A DNA stretch of 64,000 nt from Ignavibacteriota bacterium (GCA_025358305.1 JANYJZ010000018.1:19403-83402); one strand, 5' to 3'. Positions 8,640 through 19,228 are shown, numbered from the stretch's first letter. The notes: generated from the letters alone by a model not told the origin. Numbers and translations are program-made.

Positions 8640-9217
8640 TCGCCGATTCGCTTGATCGAGCAGCCGATAGCCTTCGTTTGCGCAACGGTCACATTCTTAC
8701 CCGCGAGAAGTGCGTCAAGGGCGTTCGCCAGATCGCTCGACTGGACCTTTTCCTCCTTTTTACTGTCGTCGATCCTGCCATGGTAAAGGAGTTTCCCCTT
8801 CTGGTTCACGACGTACACTTCCGGCGTGGACTGAGCGCCGTACGCGTCGGCGATGACGTTCTTCTCGTCTTTCAGCACCGGAAAGGTGAACCCCTTGTCC
8901 TTTGCGTGCGCGGCGATGTCGGCGACAAGCTCTTCCTTATTCGCATTGATACCGGCGAACGCGATGCCCTTCTTCCCGTATGACTCGAAGAGCTTCTCCA
9001 TACGGCCGTTGTATGCGTTGGAGACGGGACACTGCGTGGAGATGAACATGATGACGGCGTACTTGTTCTGCTTGAGCATGGCGCTCAGTGAAACAGCTTT
9101 GCCATCATAGTTCTTCAGGTCGAACTGCGGCGCATTGTCGCCCGTCTTCAACTCTTTAAGCTCGCCCGCGAACGCGGCAAGAGAGAATGCGAGGACCAAC
9201 GTCAGAAGATACTTCAT
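8636..9217 (-). CDS. Thioredoxin-like/peroxiredoxin-like protein, exported
   Basis: MKYLLTLV signal peptide, APQFDL, QCPVS, YGAQSTPEVY, YHGRIDD, IGCSIK. Confidence 0.85.
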   Translation of the reverse strand: MKYLLTLVLAFSLAAFAGELKELKTGDNAPQFDLKNYDGKAVSLSAMLKQNKYAVIMFISTQCPVSNAYNGRMEKLFESYGKKGIAFAGINANKEELVADIAAHAKDKGFTFPVLKDEKNVIADAYGAQSTPEVYVVNQKGKLLYHGRIDDSKKEEKVQSSDLANALDALLAGKNVTVAQTKAIGCSIKRIGE

Positions 9218-9275
9218 ACGATACCCCTTTCGATAAGTGGATGTGCGATGCTTCAATACTTGTGCCGGCGCCCGC

Positions 9276-10295
9276 TCAGGCGCGTTGTGCTTCCGCCGTC
9301 TGGCGCTGTGCAAGCCATACTTCTGCGATCTGGACGGCGTTCGTTGCGGCACCCTTACGTAAATTGTCTGAGACGATCCAGAGGTGAAGCCCGGAAGCGA
9401 CGGTGGTGTCTCTCCGAATCCTGCCGACGAATACGTCGTCCTTTTCATGGGCCCATATCGGCATGGGATAGATGCTCTGGGCAACATCGTCCTGAACGGT
9501 AATCCCGGGTGAATGTCGCAGGAGTTCCATCACTGCGTCCAATTCGAACGGCCGTTCAAATTCAAGGTTCACTGATTCACTGTGGCCGCCGATCACCGGC
9601 ACCCGAACACACGTCGGGGCGATCTGGATCGAATCGTCATGCATGATCTTGCGCGTTTCCTGTACCATCTTGATCTCCTCACGCGTAAAACCCGCTTCGA
9701 CGAAGACATCGACCTGAGGCAGAGCATTATACGCGATCTGGTGCGGGAACTTCCGCTCCCCGAGAGGCTCCTGTGCGATCTCCGATTCGAGCTGCTTCAA
9801 CGCGCGTTTCCCGGCGCCGGTGACCGACTGGTAGGTCGACACGACAACGCGCTTGATGCGGAATCGCTCGTGGAGCGGTTGAAGGACGACGACCATTTGG
9901 ATCGTGGAGCAATTCGGGTTCGCGATGATCCCCTTGTGCCGACGGATGTCGCCCGGATTGACCTCGGGGACCACGAGCGGCACCACCGGGTCCATCCGAA
10001 ACGCGCTCGAATTATCGATGACAAGCGTCCCGAGGGCGGCAGCAATCGGCGCGAACTCCTTGCTTGCACGGGCGCCGGCGGAAAAGAGCGCGAGATCGAC
10101 TCCTACAAAGCTCCGCGGAGTCATCTCTTCGACGATGAGCGGCTTCCCGCTGAAACTTAGGACCTTTCCCGCCGATTGGGCGGTCGCGAGGAGCTTGAGC
10201 GAAGCGAGAGGAAAGTTGCGTTCTTCGAGGACCTGTATCATCTTCCTGCCGACGAGCCCTGTGGCTCCGGCAATGGCGACGTTCGGGTTCTTCAT
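9276..10295 (-). CDS. asd: Aspartate-semialdehyde dehydrogenase
   Basis: GATGLVG, IDNSSAFRM, IANPNCSTIQ, DNLRKGAATNAVQI. Start set at MKNPN. Confidence 0.96.
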   Translation of the reverse strand: MKNPNVAIAGATGLVGRKMIQVLEERNFPLASLKLLATAQSAGKVLSFSGKPLIVEEMTPRSFVGVDLALFSAGARASKEFAPIAAALGTLVIDNSSAFRMDPVVPLVVPEVNPGDIRRHKGIIANPNCSTIQMVVVLQPLHERFRIKRVVVSTYQSVTGAGKRALKQLESEIAQEPLGERKFPHQIAYNALPQVDVFVEAGFTREEIKMVQETRKIMHDDSIQIAPTCVRVPVIGGHSESVNLEFERPFELDAVMELLRHSPGITVQDDVAQSIYPMPIWAHEKDDVFVGRIRRDTTVASGLHLWIVSDNLRKGAATNAVQIAEVWLAQRQTAEAQRA

Positions 10296-10308
10296 CAATG
10301 TCGTCTGG

Positions 10309-11577
10309 TCAGAGATCTTCAAGCGTTTCCCTCTTTCTGATGCATGTATGAGATCGTCCATCCACGAGCACTTCCGGCGGGCGTGGCCGCGCATTGTAAT
10401 TTGAAGCGAGCGCGTATCCATACGCGCCCGTGCACATGACCGCAAGGATGTCGCCGCGATCCACGCGCGGCAGGATCCTGTCCTGAGCGAGAAAGTCTCC
10501 GCTTTCGCAGAGAGGACCGACGACATCGACGACCTCATGCTCCGCGCGGTGCGGCGCGATCGGAACGATCTGATGATACGAATGGTAGAGGCTTGGCCTG
10601 AGGAGATCGTTCATGCCGGCGTCGACGACGACAAAGGTCTTTCCCCCACTCTCCTTCCTATATAACACTTTCGTCAATAAGATTCCAGCGTGCGCAAGAA
10701 GGGATCTCCCCGGCTGCACGACAAGCATGCACCCGGCCTGGCCGAAGACCCTGAGGAGCTCCCGGAGCATGCTCACGGTCGTCAATCCCGCCTCCTCTTG
10801 GTCGTCGGGCTCCACGGGGAGGAGCGTGTGACGGAGATAGTTCCGGTACTGGACGCCGAACCCCCCTCCGAGGTTCACTTGGCGCACGTTGACACCGGCC
10901 GTTCTCGCCCGTCCGGCGAGCTCCAACGCTGCCCGTGCGGCGTCGACGAAGGCCCCGCTGCTCGTGATCTGGGAGCCGATATGGCTGTGGATGCCGAGGA
11001 CGTCGATCTCGGGGAATGTCTGTGCGCGTGTGAGGATGTCGATCGCCCGGCCCGACTCGACGCCGAACTTGTTCTGCCTGCTTCCTGTCGTGATGTAGGG
11101 ATGGGTTCCCGCATCGATGTCAAAATTGACACGCAACAGGATCCGCGCGACGAGTCCCATCCGTCCGGCGATCCCCCGGATCACGTCGATCTCACCTTCT
11201 GATTCCACGTTCAGGGCGAGGATATCTCGCCGAAGCGCATACTCGATCTCGTCGTCCCGTTTTCCGACCCCGCTGTACGTGACCTTCTCGGCAGGGAATC
11301 CGGCGCCGAGCGCGAGATGAAGTTCCCCGATCGATCCTGCATCTGCACCGATGCCTTCGTGCGCGAGAAGTCCGAGGATCGCGCTGTTCGTATTGGCTTT
11401 GACGGCGTAGCAAGACAGATGTCCGATCGCTCCGAAGGCGCGCTCAAAATGACGCGTATGGTCAACGATCGAGTTCTTACTGTAGATATAGGCAGGGGTT
11501 CCGTAGGCCTGCGCGAGATCGGATGCGGCCACCTCCTCGCAATGCAGAGAGTCCTCCTTATAACGGAATTCTTCCAT
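10309..11577 (-). CDS. lysA: Diaminopimelate decarboxylase
   Basis: YAVKAN, NKFG, HIGSQ, LGGGFG, GPLCESGD, GAYG...SNYN. Confidence 0.95.
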   Translation of the reverse strand: MEEFRYKEDSLHCEEVAASDLAQAYGTPAYIYSKNSIVDHTRHFERAFGAIGHLSCYAVKANTNSAILGLLAHEGIGADAGSIGELHLALGAGFPAEKVTYSGVGKRDDEIEYALRRDILALNVESEGEIDVIRGIAGRMGLVARILLRVNFDIDAGTHPYITTGSRQNKFGVESGRAIDILTRAQTFPEIDVLGIHSHIGSQITSSGAFVDAARAALELAGRARTAGVNVRQVNLGGGFGVQYRNYLRHTLLPVEPDDQEEAGLTTVSMLRELLRVFGQAGCMLVVQPGRSLLAHAGILLTKVLYRKESGGKTFVVVDAGMNDLLRPSLYHSYHQIVPIAPHRAEHEVVDVVGPLCESGDFLAQDRILPRVDRGDILAVMCTGAYGYALASNYNARPRPPEVLVDGRSHTCIRKRETLEDL

Positions 11578-12629
11578 TAATGCTGCCCCGCGAAGTGATC
11601 AAGGAGTGCCTGTGCGAGCCGCGGCCGACCGCCGGTCAGGACGTCCCCGACCGGTAGACCCGTCTTGCGCTCGAGCTCCGTTTGGGCTTGGGCGGCCTGT
11701 GCGGCGGTCATCATGACGGGATTCATCGCGATGCCGACGACCTTGGAAGGTTTGAAGGGCTCCAGGAGCTTCTCATGGAGGGAGATCGCCCGGGAGACGT
11801 CGTCGAGGTCGAGATCGTAATCATCGCGGTGCCGCGAAGGATGATGCACGAGGATCATGGCGTCCGGCATGACGCCGTGGATGAGCCCGAGCGTCACGCC
11901 GGAATACCCCTGGTGCGTGATCGAGCCCTGGCCCTCCACATGGAGATACTCGAACCCTTCTGCTGCCCTCCGGTCGAGTTCGTGCTCGATCGCGCCCGAG
12001 ATGTAATCGCTCAGCACGGAGTCGACGGCGACCCCGGCGCCCGAAAGAAGGATCCCGGTCTGGCCCGTCGCGATGAATCCAGAATTGAGTCCCCGACTGA
12101 CGAATTCCCTGTGAAGTTCGAGCGATGCCGTCATCTTCCCGACGTTGCAGTCCGTCCCCACAGTCAGGATCGTTTTCGCCGGCCGGGTCTTCCAACTCCC
12201 TTTGGCGACCACCTCGTATTCCTGGGGGACCTTGCGGAGATCGGAGATGACAGCGCCATGGAGTGCGGCGCATCGGGCGATCTCGTCGTCATCCGAGAGG
12301 TGCGTGTGCAGACCGCTGACGATGTTCAGTTTCAGCCGCAGCGCGTCGAGAATGAGCGGCCTCCAGTCGTGCGGCAGCGCCCCGCCCGCAGGAGCGATGC
12401 CGATGAGGAGCGTGTCAGGCGCGTGTGCGAGCGAGGCGCGCAAGTCCGGGTACACCGCGATGTCGCCGCCGAATCCGAGCACATGCGCCGCGGTCCTGCC
12501 CGCCTGACGGCTGTCGATCACGCCTACCACCTCGTCCGGGATGTAGCGGAGCGCCTGGTTGGCAGTCTTCGATTCCAGCGGGCTGAAGCGTCCTTCTGCG
12601 AGGATGACAATGCGTCGGGGTGCGGTCAA
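11577..12629 (-). CDS. DUF1611 / DgcN-like P-loop protein
   Basis: SGLH, VGTDCNVGKMT, ATGQTG, VEGQGS motifs. Confidence 0.85.
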   Translation of the reverse strand: MTAPRRIVILAEGRFSPLESKTANQALRYIPDEVVGVIDSRQAGRTAAHVLGFGGDIAVYPDLRASLAHAPDTLLIGIAPAGGALPHDWRPLILDALRLKLNIVSGLHTHLSDDDEIARCAALHGAVISDLRKVPQEYEVVAKGSWKTRPAKTILTVGTDCNVGKMTASLELHREFVSRGLNSGFIATGQTGILLSGAGVAVDSVLSDYISGAIEHELDRRAAEGFEYLHVEGQGSITHQGYSGVTLGLIHGVMPDAMILVHHPSRHRDDYDLDLDDVSRAISLHEKLLEPFKPSKVVGIAMNPVMMTAAQAAQAQTELERKTGLPVGDVLTGGRPRLAQALLDHFAGQH

Positions 12630-12636
12630 AGCCGAA

Positions 12637-13302
12637 TCAGACGAGAAGGTGGATGAGATAACCGAACGGGTAGACGAGCGTATCGATTACGCCGTAGAAG
12701 AAGCGAGCGAACGGGTCCCAACGCATGATGAGAAGGATGAGGATGATCCCGAGAAATCCGATCTTGCGGTACTGCTTGCTCAGTTCGGCCGGCAGGAGCG
12801 AGGCCAGTACGTGCGATCCATCGAGGGGCGGGACGGGGATCATGTTGAATACCGCAAGGACGACATTAAGCGTGATCCCTCCCGCGAACATCTTTAGAAG
12901 AAACTGCACACCCTGGTCGAGGATGCCCGGCGGCAACTCTGCAATCCGAGAAAGCCTTGCCGTCACGATGAATAGGAACGTGCACGCGAACGAGAGCAGA
13001 ATGTTGGAGACCGGCCCTACGACAGAGACAAGAATGTCATCGCGCCGAAGGTGCGAGAAGTTCGCCGGGTTCACCGGAACGGGCTTCGCCCAGGCGATGA
13101 ACACCCGTCCGGACACCGCAAGAGACATGAGCGGGATCATGATCGATCCGACGGGATCGATGTGCGGCACGGGATTGAGGGTCAAACGGCCGAGATCCTT
13201 GGCGGTCGTGTCACCGAGGCGCAGGGCCATCCAGCCATGCGCCATCTCGTGAATGATGACCGAAAAGAGGAGGACCGGGAGGATGTAGATCTGGTCAAGC
13301 AC
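12637..13302 (-). CDS. Site-2 protease (M50) membrane metalloprotease
   Basis: HEMAH, LTLNP..HID, NMIPVPPLDG. Confidence 0.93.
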   Translation of the reverse strand: MLDQIYILPVLLFSVIIHEMAHGWMALRLGDTTAKDLGRLTLNPVPHIDPVGSIMIPLMSLAVSGRVFIAWAKPVPVNPANFSHLRRDDILVSVVGPVSNILLSFACTFLFIVTARLSRIAELPPGILDQGVQFLLKMFAGGITLNVVLAVFNMIPVPPLDGSHVLASLLPAELSKQYRKIGFLGIILILLIMRWDPFARFFYGVIDTLVYPFGYLIHLLV

Positions 13303-13365
13303 GCCGCCGGCTCCAATCTGACAAGGGAATGTCTATGGCGCGGACCGGACGGTACCCCGCCGGCC

Positions 13366-14805
13366 TCATGCTTCCCTTCCGGCCGGGCTCGACCGGAGCG
13401 GATCGAAATGTCCGAAGTGGGTAGCGGCGATCACGTTGTACCCCTTTGCGACGTACATCCCGGTGACGGGATGAAGGGAATAGCTCCCGACATACTCCTT
13501 CCGGACGATCTTCGTCAACGTCTCGATGAACCTGTCGATGTCCTCGTCATTGTTGTAGCAGCCGAAGCTCGCGCGGACCATGCCGGGAAGCGTCGGATTG
13601 TCGCACCGCGCAGCGCGCTTCTGCCGCTCCTCTTCGGGGGAGACATCGAGAAGCTTTCGCATGTAGGGCTGGGCGCAGAAGTTTCCGTTCCGCACGCCGA
13701 TCCCCCCTTCCGTGCTCAGGATCGTGGCAACGAGGGCGTGGTCCATGCCGTCGACCGTGAACGGAAGCACTCCCACCTTCTTGGAGATATCCTCGGTGGG
13801 GCCGAAGATGCGCGTGCCGCCGAGTTTCCGCATCTTGCCGATCGCGTACCGGAGCAGCCGCTGCTCGTGGTGGGCGATCTCTTCGAGGCCGACGGACCGT
13901 AGCACCGCGATCGCTTCTGCCAGCGCGACGGAACCGACGACATTGGGGCTTCCCGCCTCCTCCTTCTGCGGCAGATTACCCCACTCGACGGAGTCGAGGC
14001 CGACGTAGGCGACGGTGCCACCGCCGACGTATTCCGGGTCGCCCGCGAGGAAGAATTCCGTCGGTCCGATGAGGACGCCGATGCCGAACGGCGCGTACAC
14101 TTTATGGGACGAGTAGGCGAGGAAGTCGATGTGCCCCGGATCGCTGTCCGGGAGCATGTCGACAGGCCTGTGGGCGACGAGTTGGGCTGCGTCGACGAAG
14201 ATCTTCGCGCCGGCCTCATGAGCCCACGCGGCGATCTCGTGGACGGGATTGCAGATCCCGGTGACGTTCGAGGCTCCTGTCACCGCGACAAGGCGAACCT
14301 TGCCGGCGGATCGGCGGAGCTCGCGCCGGAGCGCATCGAGGTCGAGACTGCCGTCGGGGAGCGTCCCCACGTGAAGGACCGTGCAGTGCTTTCTCCAAGG
14401 AAGATCGTTGGAATGGTGCTCCATCGCGGTCGTGATGACGATATCGGTGGCGCTGAACGGAAAATGCGATGCGAGCTTGTTGATCGACTCGGTCGTGTTC
14501 TTCCCGAACAGGACGACGTTCTTCGAGAGATCGGCTCCGACGAACTCGCCGGCGATCCGGCGCGTCTGGTCGTAGACCTCGGTCGCGACGACAGCCTTGT
14601 ACCCCATGCCGCGGTGGACGCCGGAGTACCAGGGGAGGAATTCCGCCATCCGATCAAGGACCGATCGGAAGGTCGGCGTGCTCGCCGCATTATCGAGGAA
14701 CACATACGGGCGCAACGTCCCGTCAAGGAGGGGGATCTTCGTATCGATGCCGACGACCTGCTCCCGAAGCCGGGCGAATGTCGTGGCGTGTTCCGGAAAA
14801 TGCAT
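13366..14805 (-). CDS. Class V PLP aminotransferase / cysteine desulfurase-like
   Basis: LDNAAST, MEHHSN, DAAQ, SSHK (PLP lysine), EAGSPN, NFCAQPY. Confidence 0.88.
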   Translation of the reverse strand: MHFPEHATTFARLREQVVGIDTKIPLLDGTLRPYVFLDNAASTPTFRSVLDRMAEFLPWYSGVHRGMGYKAVVATEVYDQTRRIAGEFVGADLSKNVVLFGKNTTESINKLASHFPFSATDIVITTAMEHHSNDLPWRKHCTVLHVGTLPDGSLDLDALRRELRRSAGKVRLVAVTGASNVTGICNPVHEIAAWAHEAGAKIFVDAAQLVAHRPVDMLPDSDPGHIDFLAYSSHKVYAPFGIGVLIGPTEFFLAGDPEYVGGGTVAYVGLDSVEWGNLPQKEEAGSPNVVGSVALAEAIAVLRSVGLEEIAHHEQRLLRYAIGKMRKLGGTRIFGPTEDISKKVGVLPFTVDGMDHALVATILSTEGGIGVRNGNFCAQPYMRKLLDVSPEEERQKRAARCDNPTLPGMVRASFGCYNNDEDIDRFIETLTKIVRKEYVGSYSLHPVTGMYVAKGYNVIAATHFGHFDPLRSSPAGREA

Positions 14806-14820
14806 AAAATGTCTCTTCGA

Positions 14821-15729
14821 CTATCCTCGTGGATGAAATGTCCGGTGAACTTCCTTCAGGTACTCTCTGTCGACGTGCGTATAGATCTGCGTCGTGGAAA
14901 TATCCGAGTGGCCCAGCATTTCCTGGACCGCCCTGAGATCGGCGCCCCCCTCCAGGAGGTGCGTCGCGAACGAGTGCCGGAACGTGTGGGGGTGGACCGC
15001 TTTGCGGATGCCGGACTTCTGTGCGTTCGTCCTGACGATGTTCCAGATGGACATCCGCGACATCGGCCGTCCCCGGGCGTTGAGGAACACGACGTCCTGG
15101 CCGCTGCCGAGGCGCGAAAGCTTTCCCCGCACCGTTTGAATATAAAGATTTATCCAATGTAATGCAGACCGTCCGATCGGAATAAGCCGCTCCTTCGAAC
15201 CCTTACCGAACACCCGGACGAAGCGCTCCTCCGCATGGACCCCCGACTGTTTCAATGTGATGAGTTCGGAGACACGCATGCCCGTGGCGTACATGGTCTC
15301 GAGGATCGCTCTGTCGCGTTTGCCCAGATCCTCCGCCACGTTCGGCTGCCGCAAGATGGCGTCGACCTCGTCTTGGCTGAGGACGTCGGGGAGCGTGCGC
15401 GACATCTTCAGCGCCTCGATGGTTGCCGAGGGATCGGCGGTCACGACCCGCTCCCCGACGAGGTACCGATGGAACATCTTCACCGACGAGAGGTTGCGTG
15501 TGATGCTTCGTGCCGAAAGTCCCAGGTCCGAGAGCGTCGCAAGAAAGCCTGAGATCTGCGCCTGTCGGATCTTTGCCGGCTGCGCCACTCCTTTTCCCTC
15601 GAGGTAGGAGGCGTAGCGACGCAAGTCGAGACGATAGGAGGCGACGGTATTCTCCGCGGCGTTCTTCTCCAGTTGGAGATAGCGCAAGTACACATCAACA
15701 TGAGTGTTCATCGATGTCCCCCTGTTCAT
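14821..15729 (-). CDS. xerD: Site-specific tyrosine recombinase XerD
   Basis: RDRAILE.MYATGMRVSEL, GKGSKER, HPHTFRHSFATHLL, LGHSDISTTQIYTH. Confidence 0.93.
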   Translation of the reverse strand: MNRGTSMNTHVDVYLRYLQLEKNAAENTVASYRLDLRRYASYLEGKGVAQPAKIRQAQISGFLATLSDLGLSARSITRNLSSVKMFHRYLVGERVVTADPSATIEALKMSRTLPDVLSQDEVDAILRQPNVAEDLGKRDRAILETMYATGMRVSELITLKQSGVHAEERFVRVFGKGSKERLIPIGRSALHWINLYIQTVRGKLSRLGSGQDVVFLNARGRPMSRMSIWNIVRTNAQKSGIRKAVHPHTFRHSFATHLLEGGADLRAVQEMLGHSDISTTQIYTHVDREYLKEVHRTFHPRG

Positions 15730-18074
15730 GCCTGCCCTTCCGCAGAGGTGGCGCCCTGTGCCGGATCAGGCGGTACCGGGCCGACGGCGGGAGCCGCAAC
15801 GGCGTCCTCCTGTGCTTCGACGGCATCCGGCGGGACCATGGGGTACGCGATGCGCTGGTGGTGCGTCCCGACAAGGATCTTCAGGAACGCCTCCTTGATC
15901 CTGGTGAGATCCTTCAGCGTAAGATCGCAGTCGTCGAGCTGGCCTTCCAGGAAACGCTGCTTGATCATCCGTTCGATCGCGTCTTCGAGCTCCTGCGGCG
16001 TGAGCTCTCCGAGCGCGCGCGTCGACGCCTCCACGGAATCCGCCAGCATGACGATGCCGGTCTCCTTCGTCCTGGGCTTCGGGCCGGGATATTGAAAATC
16101 CTCTTCCTGGATCGTTTCTCCCGTCCCCTTGCGCTCGGCCTGGCGAACCGCCTTATCGTAGAAGAATGCGATCCGCGTCGTCCCGTGGTGCTCGGGGATG
16201 AACTCGACCACGCGCTCAGGCAGTCCGCGGGATCGTGCCATTTCCATCCCCTCCTTCACATGAGAAGCGATGATGAGCGCGCTCATTCTGGGCCGCAGCC
16301 TTGTGTGCTTGCTGTGCGTGCCGATCTGGTTCTCTACAAAATACTCCGGCTTCTCCATCTTTCCGATGTCGTGGTAGTACGCACCGACGCGCGCGAGGAT
16401 CGGGTTCGCGCCGGTCGCTTCCGCCGCGGCCTCCGCAAGGCTTCCGAGGAGCATCGAGTGGTGAAACGTGCCGGGGGCCTTCTCGGACAGTTCGCGCAGG
16501 AGCGGCGTGTTGAAGTCGGAAAGTTCAACGAATGTGAGATCCGTCGTCACCTTGAATGCCCGTTCGAAGAAGAACAGGAGGGCGTAGGTGAGAACGGGAG
16601 AGACCACCGCGTTCACCAGTGCGAACAGGAGCTGCGTTACCACCATCGATACGCTGTCGAACTGCTCGAAGGAGAGCGCGAAGATCGAGACGGCGTACCC
16701 GATGAAGATGAAGATGAGCGAACGGAAGATCTGCGTCCTGTTGCTGATATCCCGGACCGTGTACGCGCCGAACGTGCCGGCGACAAGCGACGTAAGCGCA
16801 ATCGTATAATCGTTGCCGCGGATCCCGGCAATGAGGAATGCGATAGTGACGGTCCCGTAGAATGCCACCCGCGAGTCGAAGATGATGGCGAGAAGCATCG
16901 AGGCGGCAGGGACGAAGATGAGGTATTGGATCGGCTGGCTGACGTCGACCCACAGGCTAAGGGCCGTGAAGTACGTCTCCATAAGAAGGATGAGCGCGAT
17001 GAGCGCGAGCTTCGAATTGTCCCGGATGATCCGCTTTCGAAAGAGGAAGAGATAGACGGCGAAGAGCGAGACGATGAGCCCGACATGGAGGATGATGCCG
17101 ATCCAGTGCTTCCATTCGTTCGCGCCGACCTCGCGGTCGGCCTTCGCGCGTTGGTATGAATCGAGCTTCAGTTTGATCTCGTCGGTGATCCGGTCGTGCT
17201 TGCTGACGATGCGCTCGTTTTCCTGGACGAAGCCCGTCGTCCTCGGGACGTTCTCCTCCGCCGCCTGGGCAAGCCGCAGGGTCTCGAGCTGGTTGAAGAC
17301 GAGGTTCGGCTGGAGGACCGCACGCGCGACCGCAAAGGCCGCGGCATGTTCGTCCCTGTCGCCGAACGATGCGAAGAGCCTTGTTTCTATGTCCGAGAAC
17401 GCCCCGACCATGTCGGAGACGGCATTGACGGAGATGAGCTCCTCCATCGTCCCTTTGCGGATAGCGATGGTTCGGCGCGGCAACCTCGTCGCTTCCCTGT
17501 CCAGGATCCCTTTGCGCAGGACGTCGGTGAGACAGACGCCGAGGAACGACTCCGTCGACGCGAGCGAGTTGCCGCCCTTCCGCGGGCCCGCCCACCGGGC
17601 GACGGCATCCCATTGGGCATCGGTGAAGTTCACCGGTGTGGCGTTCCGGAGAACGGCGAACGCGAGCGAATCCTCCCGCGACTCTGTCGTGAGCATCCTG
17701 GCGCGTGCGGCCGAAGCCACGGAGATCGCCTTGAACGCTCCGCGCAGGGATTCCTGGACGGCCAGTTGGACCTTCGGCGCCCGTTCGAATACGGGATACA
17801 CCGACTGTACCGCGACGCTTTTCTCGGCCTCGTAGTCCCGCTGGTCGCGCAACAGGGGGAACGAGAACGGAGCGATGAGGTCCTTGTCGACCCACACGGT
17901 TCCTGTCGCGTAGCTGATCTCGCGATCCTCCCCGTGGGGGAACATGAACGAAATGACGACGATGAGGACGAGACCGAGGAGTATCTTGGAGAACGGGTGT
18001 TGCGAATCCCGGCCCGCGACGACGATCTTGGCGAGCGTCTTGGAAAGGGTGCTATGTTGCGAATTGCTGTCCAT
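15726..18074 (-). CDS. 7TM-HD (HDIG) phosphohydrolase, PgpH-like cyclic-di-AMP phosphodiesterase
   Basis: Extracellular domain, TM block, APGTFHHS, YYHDIGK, EHHGT, YPGPKP, LADSVEA. Start at MDSNS. Confidence 0.9.
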   Translation of the reverse strand: MDSNSQHSTLSKTLAKIVVAGRDSQHPFSKILLGLVLIVVISFMFPHGEDREISYATGTVWVDKDLIAPFSFPLLRDQRDYEAEKSVAVQSVYPVFERAPKVQLAVQESLRGAFKAISVASAARARMLTTESREDSLAFAVLRNATPVNFTDAQWDAVARWAGPRKGGNSLASTESFLGVCLTDVLRKGILDREATRLPRRTIAIRKGTMEELISVNAVSDMVGAFSDIETRLFASFGDRDEHAAAFAVARAVLQPNLVFNQLETLRLAQAAEENVPRTTGFVQENERIVSKHDRITDEIKLKLDSYQRAKADREVGANEWKHWIGIILHVGLIVSLFAVYLFLFRKRIIRDNSKLALIALILLMETYFTALSLWVDVSQPIQYLIFVPAASMLLAIIFDSRVAFYGTVTIAFLIAGIRGNDYTIALTSLVAGTFGAYTVRDISNRTQIFRSLIFIFIGYAVSIFALSFEQFDSVSMVVTQLLFALVNAVVSPVLTYALLFFFERAFKVTTDLTFVELSDFNTPLLRELSEKAPGTFHHSMLLGSLAEAAAEATGANPILARVGAYYHDIGKMEKPEYFVENQIGTHSKHTRLRPRMSALIIASHVKEGMEMARSRGLPERVVEFIPEHHGTTRIAFFYDKAVRQAERKGTGETIQEEDFQYPGPKPRTKETGIVMLADSVEASTRALGELTPQELEDAIERMIKQRFLEGQLDDCDLTLKDLTRIKEAFLKILVGTHHQRIAYPMVPPDAVEAQEDAVAAPAVGPVPPDPAQGATSAEGQA

Positions 18075-18247
18075 GCCGAAGACAAATATCAGAAGAAGTT
18101 GCCACAGAATCAAGGATAGGGGCAGTTCCGGCGCCTCGCGCGCGCGCGACGGGAGACGGAAACCTTGATTCTTGAGGCGGAGAGGTCTATATTGGACGAT
18201 CAAACGCGGCAAACGTGCCGCCCGGACGATCAAGGGACGCGAATCAT

Positions 18248-19228
18248 ATGGAATATATCAATCTCGGGAGCACCGGTGTTCAGGTTTCACGGATCTGTCT
18301 TGGAGCGATGACCTTCGGTACGCCTGAGTGGCGGCCATGGGTCCTCACGGAAGAGGCGAGCCGTCCTCTCATCAAGCGCGCCGTCGATCAAGGCATCACC
18401 TTCTTCGACACCGCGAACATGTATTCCGTCGGGAAGAGCGAGGAAGTGCTCGGCCGGGCGCTGAAGGAGTATCTCCCCCGAGACCGCGCCGTCATCGCCA
18501 CGAAGGTGTTCTTCCGTATGGGCCCAGGTCCGAACGACCAGGGGCTTTCGCGGAAGCATATCATGCAGGCCATTGACGCGTCGCTTCGGCGGCTCGGGAC
18601 GGAGTACGTCGACCTCTACCAGATCCACCGCTGGGACAAGCGGACGCCGATCGAAGAGACGATGGAAGCTCTCCATGACGTCGTAAAGGCGGGGAAGGCC
18701 CGGTATATCGGCGCATCGAGCATGTTCGCCTACCAGCTCGCAACGGCGCAGCACACCGCAGAGCTCAACGGTTGGACGAAGTTCGTCTCGATGCAGAACC
18801 ACTACAACCTCGTCTACCGCGAAGAGGAACGCGAGATGATCCCGTACTGCCGGCAGGAAGGGATCGGGATCATCCCGTGGAGCCCGCTCGCGCGGGGGTT
18901 CCTTTCCGGGAGCCGCTCCCGGAACCACGCGGGGGAAACTCCCCGGGCCGCATCCGACGAGTACGCGAGCGAGATGTACTTTCAGGAGGCGGACTTCGCC
19001 GTTTTGGACCGCGTCCTGGAGCTCGCGAAGACCCGCAACGTCTCGCCGTCCCAGATCGCGCTCTCCTGGCTCCTCCACAAGGACGGCGTCACCTCGCCGA
19101 TCGTGGGCGTCACGAAGCAGGCCCATCTCGACGAGGCGGTGAGCGCGGTCGGACTCCGGCTGTCGGCAACGGAGCTCGAAGCCCTCGAATCCGCCTACGT
19201 CCCTCACCGCACGCTGGGCCATTCCTGA
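18248..19228 (+). CDS. Aldo/keto reductase
   Basis: FDTANMY, IATK, DLYQIHRWD, GKARYIGAS, PWSPLARG. Confidence 0.93.
   Translation: MEYINLGSTGVQVSRICLGAMTFGTPEWRPWVLTEEASRPLIKRAVDQGITFFDTANMYSVGKSEEVLGRALKEYLPRDRAVIATKVFFRMGPGPNDQGLSRKHIMQAIDASLRRLGTEYVDLYQIHRWDKRTPIEETMEALHDVVKAGKARYIGASSMFAYQLATAQHTAELNGWTKFVSMQNHYNLVYREEEREMIPYCRQEGIGIIPWSPLARGFLSGSRSRNHAGETPRAASDEYASEMYFQEADFAVLDRVLELAKTRNVSPSQIALSWLLHKDGVTSPIVGVTKQAHLDEAVSAVGLRLSATELEALESAYVPHRTLGHS

Noticed and set aside
8112..9217. Selenocysteine recoding in the thioredoxin-fold genes, with the downstream hairpin as SECIS
   Set aside because: Both active sites use Cys codons and there is no in-frame TGA within the domains.
14821..15729. 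Tyrosine recombinase as a mobile-element integrase
   Set aside because: Sequence and size match chromosomal XerD, and it is embedded among housekeeping genes.
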